A stretch of DNA of 64,000 nt, taken from an uncultured delta proteobacterium (GTDB taxonomy: Bacteria > Desulfobacterota > Desulfomonilia > Desulfomonilales > Desulfomonilaceae). Below the pieces are notes generated by a model. That model was not told the DNA's origin and did no database searches. It saw only the letters and a program-made list of their open reading frames with translations. Position 1 is the first letter of the stretch. Each line of letters starts with the position of its first letter. A program made the translations under genes and the position numbers. The DNA lies in contig CAWBKB010000003.1 of assembly GCA_963789265.1 (NCBI GenBank), positions 896,001 through 960,000 on the forward strand, read 5' to 3'. This document shows positions 20,175-30,053 of the stretch, one piece after another.

Positions 20175-22889
20175 TCATTTCGCGACACGGACTCGTCCCC
20201 ATTCAGGCAGTTTAACCCAATTAGATCCCGGCAAGCCGACGATTAAGCCGGCGATACCCCTGGGCAAAGAAGGATCGAGTTTCACGATAAGGCTCTGAGA
20301 CCACTTCGCCATATCAACCTGTACCACCCCGCCACCGGCTATGTTGAGCTCCGCTGCGTCTTCGTCATTCAGCATCAAGTACGGTTCGGGGACTCGCTCG
20401 GCCACGGCGCTTGCATTAGCGCTCAATTCCTCTGAACCGAAGATATGGTAAACGGCCACAATCAGGCATTCATCCTTGCGACGCTCAAAACCTTCGGGAA
20501 TCTCCCGAAAATGAGACTTCTGTTCAGCCTGTGTCGGCTCGATAAGCCGAACGCCGGGATCCCCCCCGCGCAATGGCCCACCAACCTCGCTTTGGAATTT
20601 GTTCAGGGCCTGGACAGAATTCCAACCTGGGGACCAGAAGCGAGGGATTATTGCACTCGGGGGTTGGCCTTCGTATCCTTCCATTGAAAAGGCAAGGGCT
20701 GAATCCCGATCTTCGGGTGGCTTCGGCTCGTGGACGCTCACATTCGCATGCATCGAGGTGCGCCCGCTGTATCGGTGCGGCTGTCGGGGTATTTTCATAC
20801 CCACAACTCGAAAGCCGGCAGCGGGTGTGGTGCCCGGCGTCGCTTCGAATTCAGGGATACTCCGCGCCATCGCAGCGGTTATATCATCCAGTGTTTGCCA
20901 CTTATCCGCCTCAGGCCGTGCCATCAGTGCCATCATGTCCAACAGCCATTTGCGGCTCTGTTGAACGTCCCCTACAGGAGCCATTACCTGAAAGAAACGT
21001 TGCGCTCTTCCTTCGTTATTGACGAGCGTTCCGTCGGCTTCGGCAAAAGTCCCCGCGGGTAGCACAACTTCAGCCTGCTGTAGGCACGCGTGTTGCAAGT
21101 GGTCGATTACTATCAGGTGCTTGGTGCGAGAGAGAAACTCTTTCACCGATTCAGCTTCCCCACGGCGGTAAAGGTCATTTTCCAGTACGATGACAGTGTC
21201 TGCCTTCTCATCCAGCACTTCTGCGAAGGCTTCCGCAAGTCTCCTGCCATTCATTAAACCTAGGCCCAGACTGTTGCACTCCGGTACCGTGAAGCACAGC
21301 CCTGCCGGTTTCCCTTTATTGCACAAAGCCCATGCGACATTGGCCGCGGCCTGAACCAACGAATCAGAGCCGCAACTGCCACCCGATACCACGAGCGGCC
21401 GTTCGGCTTCTTTCAGCGCCTGGGCAGCCGCTTGCGCGAACGATCGCAACTCTTCCGGAAGATCCACGACCGCGGGTGCATCCGGAGCCAGTTCGTGGGC
21501 GACAGCAAAACCTACGCGGGCCAAATCGACCGGCCCAGCGCGCAGGGTATGCAGTGCGACGTCATCGAGCTTGGTTGCAGCGGGGGTGGCAATGAAGAGC
21601 GGTCCGGTTTTGTCCTGGACGACATGTCGGACCGCATAGTCGCTCCACATGGGGCATTTCAGCTCTTTAGGGCGCTCCATCGGCTTCAGGCGCGCAGCTT
21701 GTCGAAGCGTAAGAGCGAGCATAGGTGCAACGTTGGTAACGTCTTCGCCCAGCACAAGCACGGCATCCGAGGCTTCAACCTCATGCAGTGACGGAGACCT
21801 GGCCGGCCCATTTTGCAGGATTTCAAGTATCAGCGAGATCATCTGATACTCGGTTTCCGACATTCCTGCGAAAAAGCGCTCGGGGCCTACGAGTGTCCGC
21901 AGGGCAAAATTTGCCTCAAGCGAGGCCCGCGGTGACCCGATCCCGATCACCCCGTAACTGCTTTTCAGCACAGTATGAAGACGATGGAGTGCCTGTTCAG
22001 TGTCCGTCGGTTCCAACAGGCCGCCTTCTTCGGATTTGACAAGAGGTCTACGAATTCTCTTCTCGCTGTTCACAAATTCGTATCCATAGCGCCCCCGGTC
22101 GCAAAGGAAATAGCCGTTAACCTCACCGTTGTAGCGGTTGCGTATGCGCCGCAACAGGCCGTAACGTTCGCCTGGAATGGTGTTGCACCCGAGACCGCAA
22201 TGGACACACACTGATGGGCCGGTTTGTAAATCCCATTTGCGCGTATAGTGCTTCTTCAGGGTTTTGTCCGTGAAGACTCCTGTGGGACAGATCTCAACAA
22301 GATTTCCGCTAAACTCATTCTCCAGAGTTCCATCCTCGAACCTTCCGAAATAAACGCGAGTGTTTATGCCGAAAACGTTGAAATCGCGGCCACCCGCGTA
22401 ATCGCGATAGAATCGTTCGCATCTATAGCACTGTATGCACCGGTTCATTTCATGGTTGAGAAACGGCCCTAGATATTGATTGCGATACGTGCGTTTCTTG
22501 AAGCGGAAACGGCGATAGGTGTGCCCTGTCATGACCGTCATGTCCTGAAGATGGCACTCCCCCCCTTCATCGCAAACAGGACAATCATGAGGATGGTTGA
22601 CCATGAGAAATTCAATCACACTTGCCCGGAATTCCATTGCTTCCGGATCGTCAATAGAGAGGCGCATACCGTCGGCGGCTGGGGTCATGCATGACATCAT
22701 AATACGGCCGCGCGTGTCCTTTTCATCTCTGAACACCTTGACAGCACACTGGCGGCAGGCCCCCACCGAATGTATGGCAGGATGCCAACAGAAATAGGGA
22801 ATATTGAAACCTAAAGAAAGGCATGCAGTGAGAAGATCTTGTCCGCCTTCAACTTGATACGGTTTATTATCTATATAAATAGTGGGCAT
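20175..22889 (-). CDS. nuoG: NADH-quinone oxidoreductase subunit G (long E. coli type with N7 motif)
   Basis: FCWH...GACRQC, HPHDCPVCDEGGECHLQ, RCIQCYRC, CVHCGLGC; 904 aa. Confidence 0.96.
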   Translation of the reverse strand: MPTIYIDNKPYQVEGGQDLLTACLSLGFNIPYFCWHPAIHSVGACRQCAVKVFRDEKDTRGRIMMSCMTPAADGMRLSIDDPEAMEFRASVIEFLMVNHPHDCPVCDEGGECHLQDMTVMTGHTYRRFRFKKRTYRNQYLGPFLNHEMNRCIQCYRCERFYRDYAGGRDFNVFGINTRVYFGRFEDGTLENEFSGNLVEICPTGVFTDKTLKKHYTRKWDLQTGPSVCVHCGLGCNTIPGERYGLLRRIRNRYNGEVNGYFLCDRGRYGYEFVNSEKRIRRPLVKSEEGGLLEPTDTEQALHRLHTVLKSSYGVIGIGSPRASLEANFALRTLVGPERFFAGMSETEYQMISLILEILQNGPARSPSLHEVEASDAVLVLGEDVTNVAPMLALTLRQAARLKPMERPKELKCPMWSDYAVRHVVQDKTGPLFIATPAATKLDDVALHTLRAGPVDLARVGFAVAHELAPDAPAVVDLPEELRSFAQAAAQALKEAERPLVVSGGSCGSDSLVQAAANVAWALCNKGKPAGLCFTVPECNSLGLGLMNGRRLAEAFAEVLDEKADTVIVLENDLYRRGEAESVKEFLSRTKHLIVIDHLQHACLQQAEVVLPAGTFAEADGTLVNNEGRAQRFFQVMAPVGDVQQSRKWLLDMMALMARPEADKWQTLDDITAAMARSIPEFEATPGTTPAAGFRVVGMKIPRQPHRYSGRTSMHANVSVHEPKPPEDRDSALAFSMEGYEGQPPSAIIPRFWSPGWNSVQALNKFQSEVGGPLRGGDPGVRLIEPTQAEQKSHFREIPEGFERRKDECLIVAVYHIFGSEELSANASAVAERVPEPYLMLNDEDAAELNIAGGGVVQVDMAKWSQSLIVKLDPSLPRGIAGLIVGLPGSNWVKLPEWGRVRVAK

Positions 22890-22892
22890 ACA

Positions 22893-24170
22893 TTATCTCC
22901 ACGGACACCGCTTTTCTCTGATATGCCTTTCAAAATCTTCCCTAAAATGGGCCAAAGCACTCTGCAAGGGTTCCATAGCCCCGGGCGCGAGCGCGCAAAA
23001 AGTGTGGCCCATGCGGAGCAACTTTGTGTGTAATTCGAGGCGGTCCAGATCTTCAGGCTCTCCCCTGCCATTATCTATGGTTTCTAGGATTTCTGCGGTC
23101 CAAGGCAGACCGTCACGGCACGGGGTGCACCAGCCGCAAGATTCACGCGCGAAGAACCGTTCCAAACTGTGTACCATGCCTACAGGACACGTGTGGTCAT
23201 CGAGGACGACGATGGTGCCGGTTCCAAGGCGACTTCCAGCCTTTTGGACTGAATCGTAATCCATTTCAACGTCCAGGTGCGTCTCCAGCAGAAACTCCGT
23301 CGACGCTCCACCGGGGATTATCCCCCTCAATTTGAGCCCTGCCCGCATACCGCCGGCATGCTCTTCGAAGATTTCTCGTAGGGTGGTCCCCATAGGGAGT
23401 TCCCACGCGCCTGGTTTTTTTACCTTGCCGCTGGCGCCGTAGATTTTCGTGCCACCGCATTCGGTAAGGCTCAAGCCTTTGAACCACTCGACCCCGTTAT
23501 TGATGATGTGAGGAATATTGCAAATAGTCTCAACATTATTGGTCGTGGTCGGCTTTCCCCACAGGCCCACATGAGTAGGACGAGGTACTTTGTCCCGTGG
23601 TATGCCACGTTTGCCTTCGAGCGAATTAAGCAATGCGGATCCTTCGCCGCATATATATCTGCCTGCACTAATGTGAAGAATCATCTTAAGGTTGTAGCCA
23701 GACCCCAGGATATTTTCCCCTAAATACCCGCTGTCGTAAGCCTCGGCAATTGCTTGGCTTAACACTTTCTTCGCCAGCGTGTATTCCCGGCGTAGAAAAA
23801 TAAAGGCAACGTCCGCCTGAATCGCGTATGCCGACACTATCATACCTTCTATGAGCTGATGCGGATCTCCGTCCATTAGCAGACGATCTTTGAATGTGGC
23901 AGGCTCCATCTCATCAGCGTTAACTATCAAGTATCTGGTCCCGGGGACTTCATCCGGCGATGCCATTGACTCCCATTTGACGCCCGTCGGAAAACCCGCC
24001 CCACCACGACCACGCAGGTTGGTCTTCTTCACCATCTCGACAACTTCCTGAGGCGTCATCGTCTTGAGAGCCTTGTGAACCGACTTGTAGCCGCCCGCTT
24101 TTTCATATTCTTTGAGATCCAGTGGCGGTTCGCCCGGCTTAATGTTTTTTGTCAGCGGTCGTTCCATCAA
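22893..24170 (-). CDS. nuoF: NAD(P)H-quinone oxidoreductase subunit F (flavin subunit)
   Basis: GRGGAGFPTGVKW, NADEMEP, RYICGE, NNVET, ESCGWCTPCRDG, FCALAPGA. Confidence 0.96.
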   Translation of the reverse strand: MMERPLTKNIKPGEPPLDLKEYEKAGGYKSVHKALKTMTPQEVVEMVKKTNLRGRGGAGFPTGVKWESMASPDEVPGTRYLIVNADEMEPATFKDRLLMDGDPHQLIEGMIVSAYAIQADVAFIFLRREYTLAKKVLSQAIAEAYDSGYLGENILGSGYNLKMILHISAGRYICGEGSALLNSLEGKRGIPRDKVPRPTHVGLWGKPTTTNNVETICNIPHIINNGVEWFKGLSLTECGGTKIYGASGKVKKPGAWELPMGTTLREIFEEHAGGMRAGLKLRGIIPGGASTEFLLETHLDVEMDYDSVQKAGSRLGTGTIVVLDDHTCPVGMVHSLERFFARESCGWCTPCRDGLPWTAEILETIDNGRGEPEDLDRLELHTKLLRMGHTFCALAPGAMEPLQSALAHFREDFERHIREKRCPWR

Positions 24171-24178
24171 TCCGTTTC

Positions 24179-24643
24179 CTATGCATATTTTGCAAGAATT
24201 TGGTCCAATTTGGCCGGGTCCAAATCCCCATAAACCTCGTCGTCGATCATCAGGGCGGGGGCCTGCTCACACACTCCCAGACACTGTATCGGGAGCAAAG
24301 TGAATCTCCCGTCCGCGGTAGTCTGCCCGTATTCCACGCCAAGGCTCGTCTTCAGATGATCGATCAGTTGTTCATATCCCATTATGTAGCAGGTCACACT
24401 GTCGCACACGAGGATCAGGTGTCTTCCAACCGGCTTTCTGAAAAGATGGTTATAAAAAGTCGCCACACCGTCCAGCTCGTCAGGGGTCATTTCCAGGAAA
24501 GCAGCCAGTTCGCGGATTGTTTCATCGGAGAGCCAGCCGAAATGGCGCGTCACAATCTGCATAGCTTCGATGCACGCCGACCCTTTATTCTCTAACCGCT
24601 CAAATTCGGCTTCAATCTCTTGTTTGATCTCTTCCGTCAGCAT
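24179..24643 (-). CDS. nuoE: NADH-quinone oxidoreductase subunit E
   Basis: VATFYN, CDSVTC, CLGVCEQAP; start taken at MLTEEIK. Confidence 0.95.
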   Translation of the reverse strand: MLTEEIKQEIEAEFERLENKGSACIEAMQIVTRHFGWLSDETIRELAAFLEMTPDELDGVATFYNHLFRKPVGRHLILVCDSVTCYIMGYEQLIDHLKTSLGVEYGQTTADGRFTLLPIQCLGVCEQAPALMIDDEVYGDLDPAKLDQILAKYA

Positions 24644-24697
24644 CAATTCGACCTTGCTTTCGTGTAAACTTCCGTCATGCCAATGCGCCGGCATTAC

Positions 24698-26446
24698 TCA
24701 CCGGTCCACATCCGCCATCACAAAATCAATGCTGCCGAGGATGGCTATCAGATCGGCAACCGCCAGCCCTCGGCTCATCAGAGGAATCATTTGCAGATGA
24801 GCAAACGACGGCGTGCGAATACGCGTGCGGTACGACACTGTGTTGCCGTCGCTGATCAGGTAATATCCGTTATTGCCTTTGGTGGCTTCAATGCCGCAGA
24901 ATGCCTCACCGGGCGGTATGACGGGACCCCAGCTCACGCTTAAGAAATGGTTAATGAGCGTTTCTATGTCATGCATTGTATGCTCTTTAAGCGGGGGTGT
25001 TGCGAGGGGGTGATCCGCCTTATAAGGTCCTTCAGGCATGTTGTCCAGGCATTGTCTGATAATGCGTAGACTCTGGCGCATCTCCTCGACCCGCACCACA
25101 CCGCGATCGTATGAGTCACCGTGGGTCGCAGTGGGAATATCGAACTCGAATTGATCGTACCCCGAGTAAGGTCTCTTCTTGCGAAAGTCCCACTCTAAGC
25201 CGCATGCGCGTAAGCCCGGCCCGGTCGCTCCCCATTCTATTGCTTCGTCCAAGGTGTAGCTTCCAACCCCCACTGTACGGGCTTGAAAAATCCTGTTCTT
25301 CATCACCAGTTTGTCGTATTCAGCCAATCGCTTCGGAAGATAATCCAAGAACCTTCTCACGAGCTTGTCCCACCCATTGGGCAAGTCTTGGGCCACACCT
25401 CCGATACGGAACCAACTCGGGTGCATGCGGCCGCCGCAAATAGCCTCTACTATCTCAAAAACCCGCTCCCGGTCGTTAAACATAAAAAATACCGGTGACA
25501 TTGCCCCTACGTCCTGCGCAAAGGTGCCGTACCAGACCAAATGGCTCGCGATCCTGAAGAATTCAGCCATCATGACCCTGATAACCTGGGCTTTGTCCGG
25601 AGCCTTGATGCCTGCCAGCTTCTCAACCGCCAGCACGTACGGCAGATTGTTCATCGCGCCGCCGAGGTAATCAATTCGATCCGTATAGGGAATGAAAGTA
25701 TGCCAGGATTGGCGCTCGCCCATCTTCTCCGCGCCGCGGTGGTGATAGCCGATGTCCGGCACCGCGTCCACTATTTCTTCACCGTCGAGCTGAAGCACAA
25801 TTCGAAAAACGCCGTGGGTCCCGGGATGTTGTGGCCCCAGATTTAGAAACATGTAATCAGTCTCGGGACGACCGGAGGACAGGCCCCAATCTTCGGGCCG
25901 AAACTGAAGCAAGCCCTCTTCATACACAGCCCGGGCTTCGGACATGCTAAACGGCTCCATTTCCGTGGCGCGAGCGGGATGTTCTTTCCTCAGCGGATGG
26001 CCTTCCCAATAGGGCGGCATCAGGATTCGCGTAAGATGCGGGTGATCCTCAAATCCGATGCCGAACATGTCCCACACTTCACGCTCGTACCAATTGGCAG
26101 AAGGCCAAATGTCCACCACGCTGCGTACAGAAGGAAATTCCCCTTTCAAAGGAAGTTTTAGTCGGAGATCCTCGTTACGGTCGTAAGAAAGGAGGTGATA
26201 TACCACCGTAAAGTCATAATCCGGCAGTCCGTGAGCATTGGAGCGTACTCTCTCGTCAACGGCCGTGAGATCGTAAAGGGTTCTATACGGCTTCTCAGTC
26301 CCGGATTTGAGCCAACTTAGGATTTCGCGAGCCTTTTCGCTCGATACCCAGACCGTAGGAATTTCGTCACGGGTTGCCTGTATTGCGAGAATTGAATCAG
26401 GAAACTTTGTTTGCAATTGCTGTATGATTATTGAGTCATTATTCAT
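24698..26446 (-). CDS. nuoCD: NADH-quinone oxidoreductase fused subunit C/D
   Basis: [12 protein letters not shown]...GHPLRK then [30 protein letters not shown]-terminus. Confidence 0.96.
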   Translation of the reverse strand: MNNDSIIIQQLQTKFPDSILAIQATRDEIPTVWVSSEKAREILSWLKSGTEKPYRTLYDLTAVDERVRSNAHGLPDYDFTVVYHLLSYDRNEDLRLKLPLKGEFPSVRSVVDIWPSANWYEREVWDMFGIGFEDHPHLTRILMPPYWEGHPLRKEHPARATEMEPFSMSEARAVYEEGLLQFRPEDWGLSSGRPETDYMFLNLGPQHPGTHGVFRIVLQLDGEEIVDAVPDIGYHHRGAEKMGERQSWHTFIPYTDRIDYLGGAMNNLPYVLAVEKLAGIKAPDKAQVIRVMMAEFFRIASHLVWYGTFAQDVGAMSPVFFMFNDRERVFEIVEAICGGRMHPSWFRIGGVAQDLPNGWDKLVRRFLDYLPKRLAEYDKLVMKNRIFQARTVGVGSYTLDEAIEWGATGPGLRACGLEWDFRKKRPYSGYDQFEFDIPTATHGDSYDRGVVRVEEMRQSLRIIRQCLDNMPEGPYKADHPLATPPLKEHTMHDIETLINHFLSVSWGPVIPPGEAFCGIEATKGNNGYYLISDGNTVSYRTRIRTPSFAHLQMIPLMSRGLAVADLIAILGSIDFVMADVDR

Positions 26447-26588
26447 TAAGCGTGGCTCTTTTCGCCCTGGGGATCGATCCCCGTCAATACCGCTGACTTA
26501 AGAAGAATGTTATCAGCCCTGAGTCAACATGTTTGGAACCAATGTTAATGGTTACGCGTCTTATCAATCTCCCCCGGCAATAACGTAA

Positions 26589-27212
26589 TTAGATTTCATC
26601 CGGCGAACGCAGTTCCATGGTGCTGCGCCTTTTTTCCCTTTTTGAATCGCGGAGAGCGGGCTTTGCGGGGCGTTCCACCTGTTGCGGGCCGACCACCCAG
26701 CTCAGAGGCCGTCTTTCGTGACCTACAGCCTGTTGCAGCAACAAGAGGCCTTCCAACAATGCGTCGGGCCGGGGAGGACACCCGGGCACGTACACATCCA
26801 CGGGGAGAAACTTGTCCACCCCCTGAACCACGCTGTAAATGTCGTACATGCCTCCCGAGTTGGCACAGGAGCCCATAGAAATTACCCAGCGCGGTTCCAT
26901 CATCTGTTGATACAATCGTTCGATTATAGGGGCCATCTTCATGAACACCGTGCCTGCTATTACCATTAGATCCGACTCTCTCGGCGTCCCTCTTAAAACT
27001 TCGGATCCGTACCGCGCAATGTCGTATCTGCTTGTGAAACTTGTGGCCATTTCCACGTAACAGCAGGAGAGGCCAAAGTTGAAAGGCCATATCGAATACT
27101 TACGGCCCCAGGCAAGGAGATCCTGCAACCGAGTCATGATGACGCTCCGCGTAACGGCATCCGCAACAGAGCCTATCTCCTGTCGCAGGGGCTTGATCGA
27201 CGACCGATTCAT
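26589..27212 (-). CDS. nuoB: NADH-quinone oxidoreductase subunit B
   Basis: [32 protein letters not shown]. Confidence 0.96.
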   Translation of the reverse strand: MNRSSIKPLRQEIGSVADAVTRSVIMTRLQDLLAWGRKYSIWPFNFGLSCCYVEMATSFTSRYDIARYGSEVLRGTPRESDLMVIAGTVFMKMAPIIERLYQQMMEPRWVISMGSCANSGGMYDIYSVVQGVDKFLPVDVYVPGCPPRPDALLEGLLLLQQAVGHERRPLSWVVGPQQVERPAKPALRDSKREKRRSTMELRSPDEI

Positions 27213-27246
27213 AGGTCTTGAAATCCTTTCACGATATCACGACTAT

Positions 27247-27645
27247 TTAGACTTGGTCCGCCTTTTGCCTGGTTGTTCTCAGCTCCAGTGCTCCAATCCG
27301 CCAAAGATACACGAGTGCAACCAGAAGAACGCCGATGAAAACGACTATTTCCAGGTAGCCCGTCCAACCGAGCTCGCGAAGAGCCACGGCCCACGCAAAA
27401 ATGAAGATTGTTTCCAAGTCGAAAATTACAAAGAAAACAGCAACGAGATAGAATCGCACGTCAAAGCGAACCCGTGCGGAGCTGGTTATAAGGATTCCTG
27501 ACTCGTACGGCTGGCCCGTTGTTCTCTCTTTATGGCGCTCGCCGAGAAAGAACGAAATAAGTATCATGGCGGCCACAAGAGCGATAACAGCAAAAAAATA
27601 GACCGCTAAAGGCCAAAGAGCAGTATCCGCGGCCGACACATTCAA
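27247..27645 (-). CDS. nuoA: NADH-quinone oxidoreductase subunit A
   Basis: PYESGI, FYLVAVFFVIFDLE, YLWRIGAL; AGGAGG upstream of TTG start. Confidence 0.95.
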   Translation of the reverse strand: MNVSAADTALWPLAVYFFAVIALVAAMILISFFLGERHKERTTGQPYESGILITSSARVRFDVRFYLVAVFFVIFDLETIFIFAWAVALRELGWTGYLEIVVFIGVLLVALVYLWRIGALELRTTRQKADQV

Positions 27646-27896
27646 TTGCGTGCCTCCTCATCAATTTCGGCTCACATCGCGACTCTGCAAGCACTATTAT
27701 ACCTTTTCCGTTCTATTGTTCAACCTCTGCTTTTTTCGTTGGTAAACACGCGCATATATAGCTCCGATTTCTTACAGTGCCTTAAATGTTCGCAACTTTA
27801 TTGGATCTTGCTACCGATCTGGCCATCCTGTCCAGCCTAAAGAATGCGTCACGGCTGCGCCGACAATACCAACCTTCTTTGGCATGACATTCCCCC

Positions 27897-29312
27897 TCAT
27901 GTTCTGCGAGCGTTAGTCACTGTGGTAGACCGAGGTACCAAATGAAAGATACCGATTTCCGGCGGGCAATTTATTCTCCACGGGAAAAAGATCAACCCAA
28001 CCCCCTCATTCACGTACATTCTACACTGAAACTTCCTATACCACCCGTGAGTATAGTACGAAAAGAAACTAGCCGGGGTGAAGCCCTTAGGATGGCCGGG
28101 CCGGGGGATGATCATTTGGCCGCCGTGAGTATGGCCTGCAAGCACTAGATCGAATCTCGCGTAGGCCGCGAGAGGCAAAATAGAGGGGCGATGACAAAGG
28201 AGTATACGCATTCCCGGTCTTTTAGGAGATTTGTCCATCAAAGCTTGAAATGTTTCGGATTCAGGAGCAGGCGGCCATTCCACGAGTAGATCGTCCAGGC
28301 CGGCGAGGTGTATCGTCGTCCCTTGATGCTCGAGAGAAGCCCACTTATCGCCCAGGTGAAGGAGATTGCTTCTGCGGAAGCTCGCGAGCGCTCGTTTTGT
28401 TCCCACATACCGCTCGTGATTCCCCATGATGGCATAGTTGCCATAGCGTCTTGGGATGAGTTTTCTCAGCGTAGGTTCCGCTGCTTCCACCGCTGTGAAT
28501 CGGGAATGAAAAATGTCACCCGTGAGGACAACAGCATCAGCGGCAACAGAATTAAGACGTTCGACCAGGTTTTCCAGCTCGTTTGCCCCGAAATACCAGC
28601 CAAAGTGGAGATCCGAAACCTGAACGATTGTGACGGGATTGCGCATTCCGCCCAATGTTGGAAGAGACAGTTCGTACTCATTGAGCACCGGATTTTGATA
28701 GCCTTCTCGCAAACCATAACCTGCGGTGCCAAACGTGGCCGCCAGGCCGGTCAAACCGGCAAATCTGAGAAAAGAGCGTCTGGAAACGTCGCCCACATGG
28801 TTCCCCGGCCATTTTTTCGCATTATGAAGTTCCTTATCGCGATCGCAGACAGCGGCCGGCTGCCCGGACTGTGGCGCAAAATTCTCGCCTTCCCGGGCCG
28901 TGCTGAGATCGGTATCAACACGCCGCTGAGCGCCCCGGGGGCCCCCCATTGAATCGCAGGGCTGCTCGGTCGTGACAACAGGACGATTCGATATGGGGAA
29001 AACCCAACTCAGCGCCAGCAGGCTTGCGAAAAGGAGACATATCAAGACGAACACGGCCACGGAACTGAAGTAAGCCACCGCTAGAAACTGCCGTCCGGGA
29101 AAGTCGGGAGGTAAAAACGGTATGCCTAGCAGTATGACACAGAGCAGTATAAGATTTGTGACCGTCAAAACGCCGATGGTGTAATATTGACTTCTTCGCG
29201 ACGATTCCGCCCCATGCTGGAAAACAATTTTCCGGATGGAAGTAATTGCGTACCATTGCGTTGGAATCACCATGATTCCATAAACCAGAAGGACGGTTAC
29301 AATTCTTAGCAT
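27897..29312 (-). CDS. Membrane-anchored metallophosphoesterase (YkuE-like)
   Basis: SDLH, TGD, GNHE, CHRP, GHTHGGQ motifs; three N-terminal TM segments and an internal SRRSFL motif. Confidence 0.88.
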   Translation of the reverse strand: MLRIVTVLLVYGIMVIPTQWYAITSIRKIVFQHGAESSRRSQYYTIGVLTVTNLILLCVILLGIPFLPPDFPGRQFLAVAYFSSVAVFVLICLLFASLLALSWVFPISNRPVVTTEQPCDSMGGPRGAQRRVDTDLSTAREGENFAPQSGQPAAVCDRDKELHNAKKWPGNHVGDVSRRSFLRFAGLTGLAATFGTAGYGLREGYQNPVLNEYELSLPTLGGMRNPVTIVQVSDLHFGWYFGANELENLVERLNSVAADAVVLTGDIFHSRFTAVEAAEPTLRKLIPRRYGNYAIMGNHERYVGTKRALASFRRSNLLHLGDKWASLEHQGTTIHLAGLDDLLVEWPPAPESETFQALMDKSPKRPGMRILLCHRPSILPLAAYARFDLVLAGHTHGGQMIIPRPGHPKGFTPASFFSYYTHGWYRKFQCRMYVNEGVGLIFFPWRINCPPEIGIFHLVPRSTTVTNARRT

Positions 29313-29608
29313 TCTTCAATAATCTATCACCTCATAAAACGAATCAAGAGGTGGGCTTTGTCTCTCGGGTATCGAGCCCTTTTGCGTCGGCTTCGCCAGG
29401 CTTGGCTCTGGAAGGAGCAGCTTGCGCTGTTCTGTCTTCGAGGAGCTTTGAGAACAATATCCTTGTCTTTCAAGAGCTTCTCGGATATATGGTAAAGCGT
29501 CTTTGAAGTGATTGAAGTTTGTTGGATGTAAGCTTTCGCTCCGTGCCACCATCAGTAATTTGGCTAAAGGGTAATTGATTTCCTGGGCAATGGTCGGCCG
29601 AGAAGGAT

Positions 29609-30034
29609 GTGGATATGATTCGAAGCGTCCGTCTCCTGGTCACTGCATTTGCTTTGACTGCTTTCCTAGTCGTGCCCCTGTCAACCCTGGGAGCATACCC
29701 GAACCTTCCCAATAAATGGAGGATAACCAGCATCAAGCTCTGCCGAAGTCGGGGAGGCACTCTCATTCCTAATGTTGATGCGATCGGCAACTACCCGGTT
29801 TATTCCTTCTTCATTCCCCGTCCTGTTTGGACCGTTAACGGCACAGTGGTCGAAGCCCAGCCCATTTACGAACACGGTCGACTAACTGCTTTTGAGCTCT
29901 TTAATGCCGCCGCTTACCTGAAGTCCGGGTCGAAAAACACAATAAAATTTGCCCTGCCTGACCAAAATGCTTCCAAAGTCTTTGTATACGATGAAACCCG
30001 GCCTGCACCGGGACAATGCTACGAATTTTTTTGA
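29609..30034 (+). CDS. Hypothetical exported protein
   Basis: Hydrophobic signal-like N-terminus, beta-rich body; best ORF in the interval. Confidence 0.55.
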   Translation: MDMIRSVRLLVTAFALTAFLVVPLSTLGAYPNLPNKWRITSIKLCRSRGGTLIPNVDAIGNYPVYSFFIPRPVWTVNGTVVEAQPIYEHGRLTAFELFNAAAYLKSGSKNTIKFALPDQNASKVFVYDETRPAPGQCYEFF

Positions 30035-30053
30035 GCACCTTGGTCGGCTTCGA

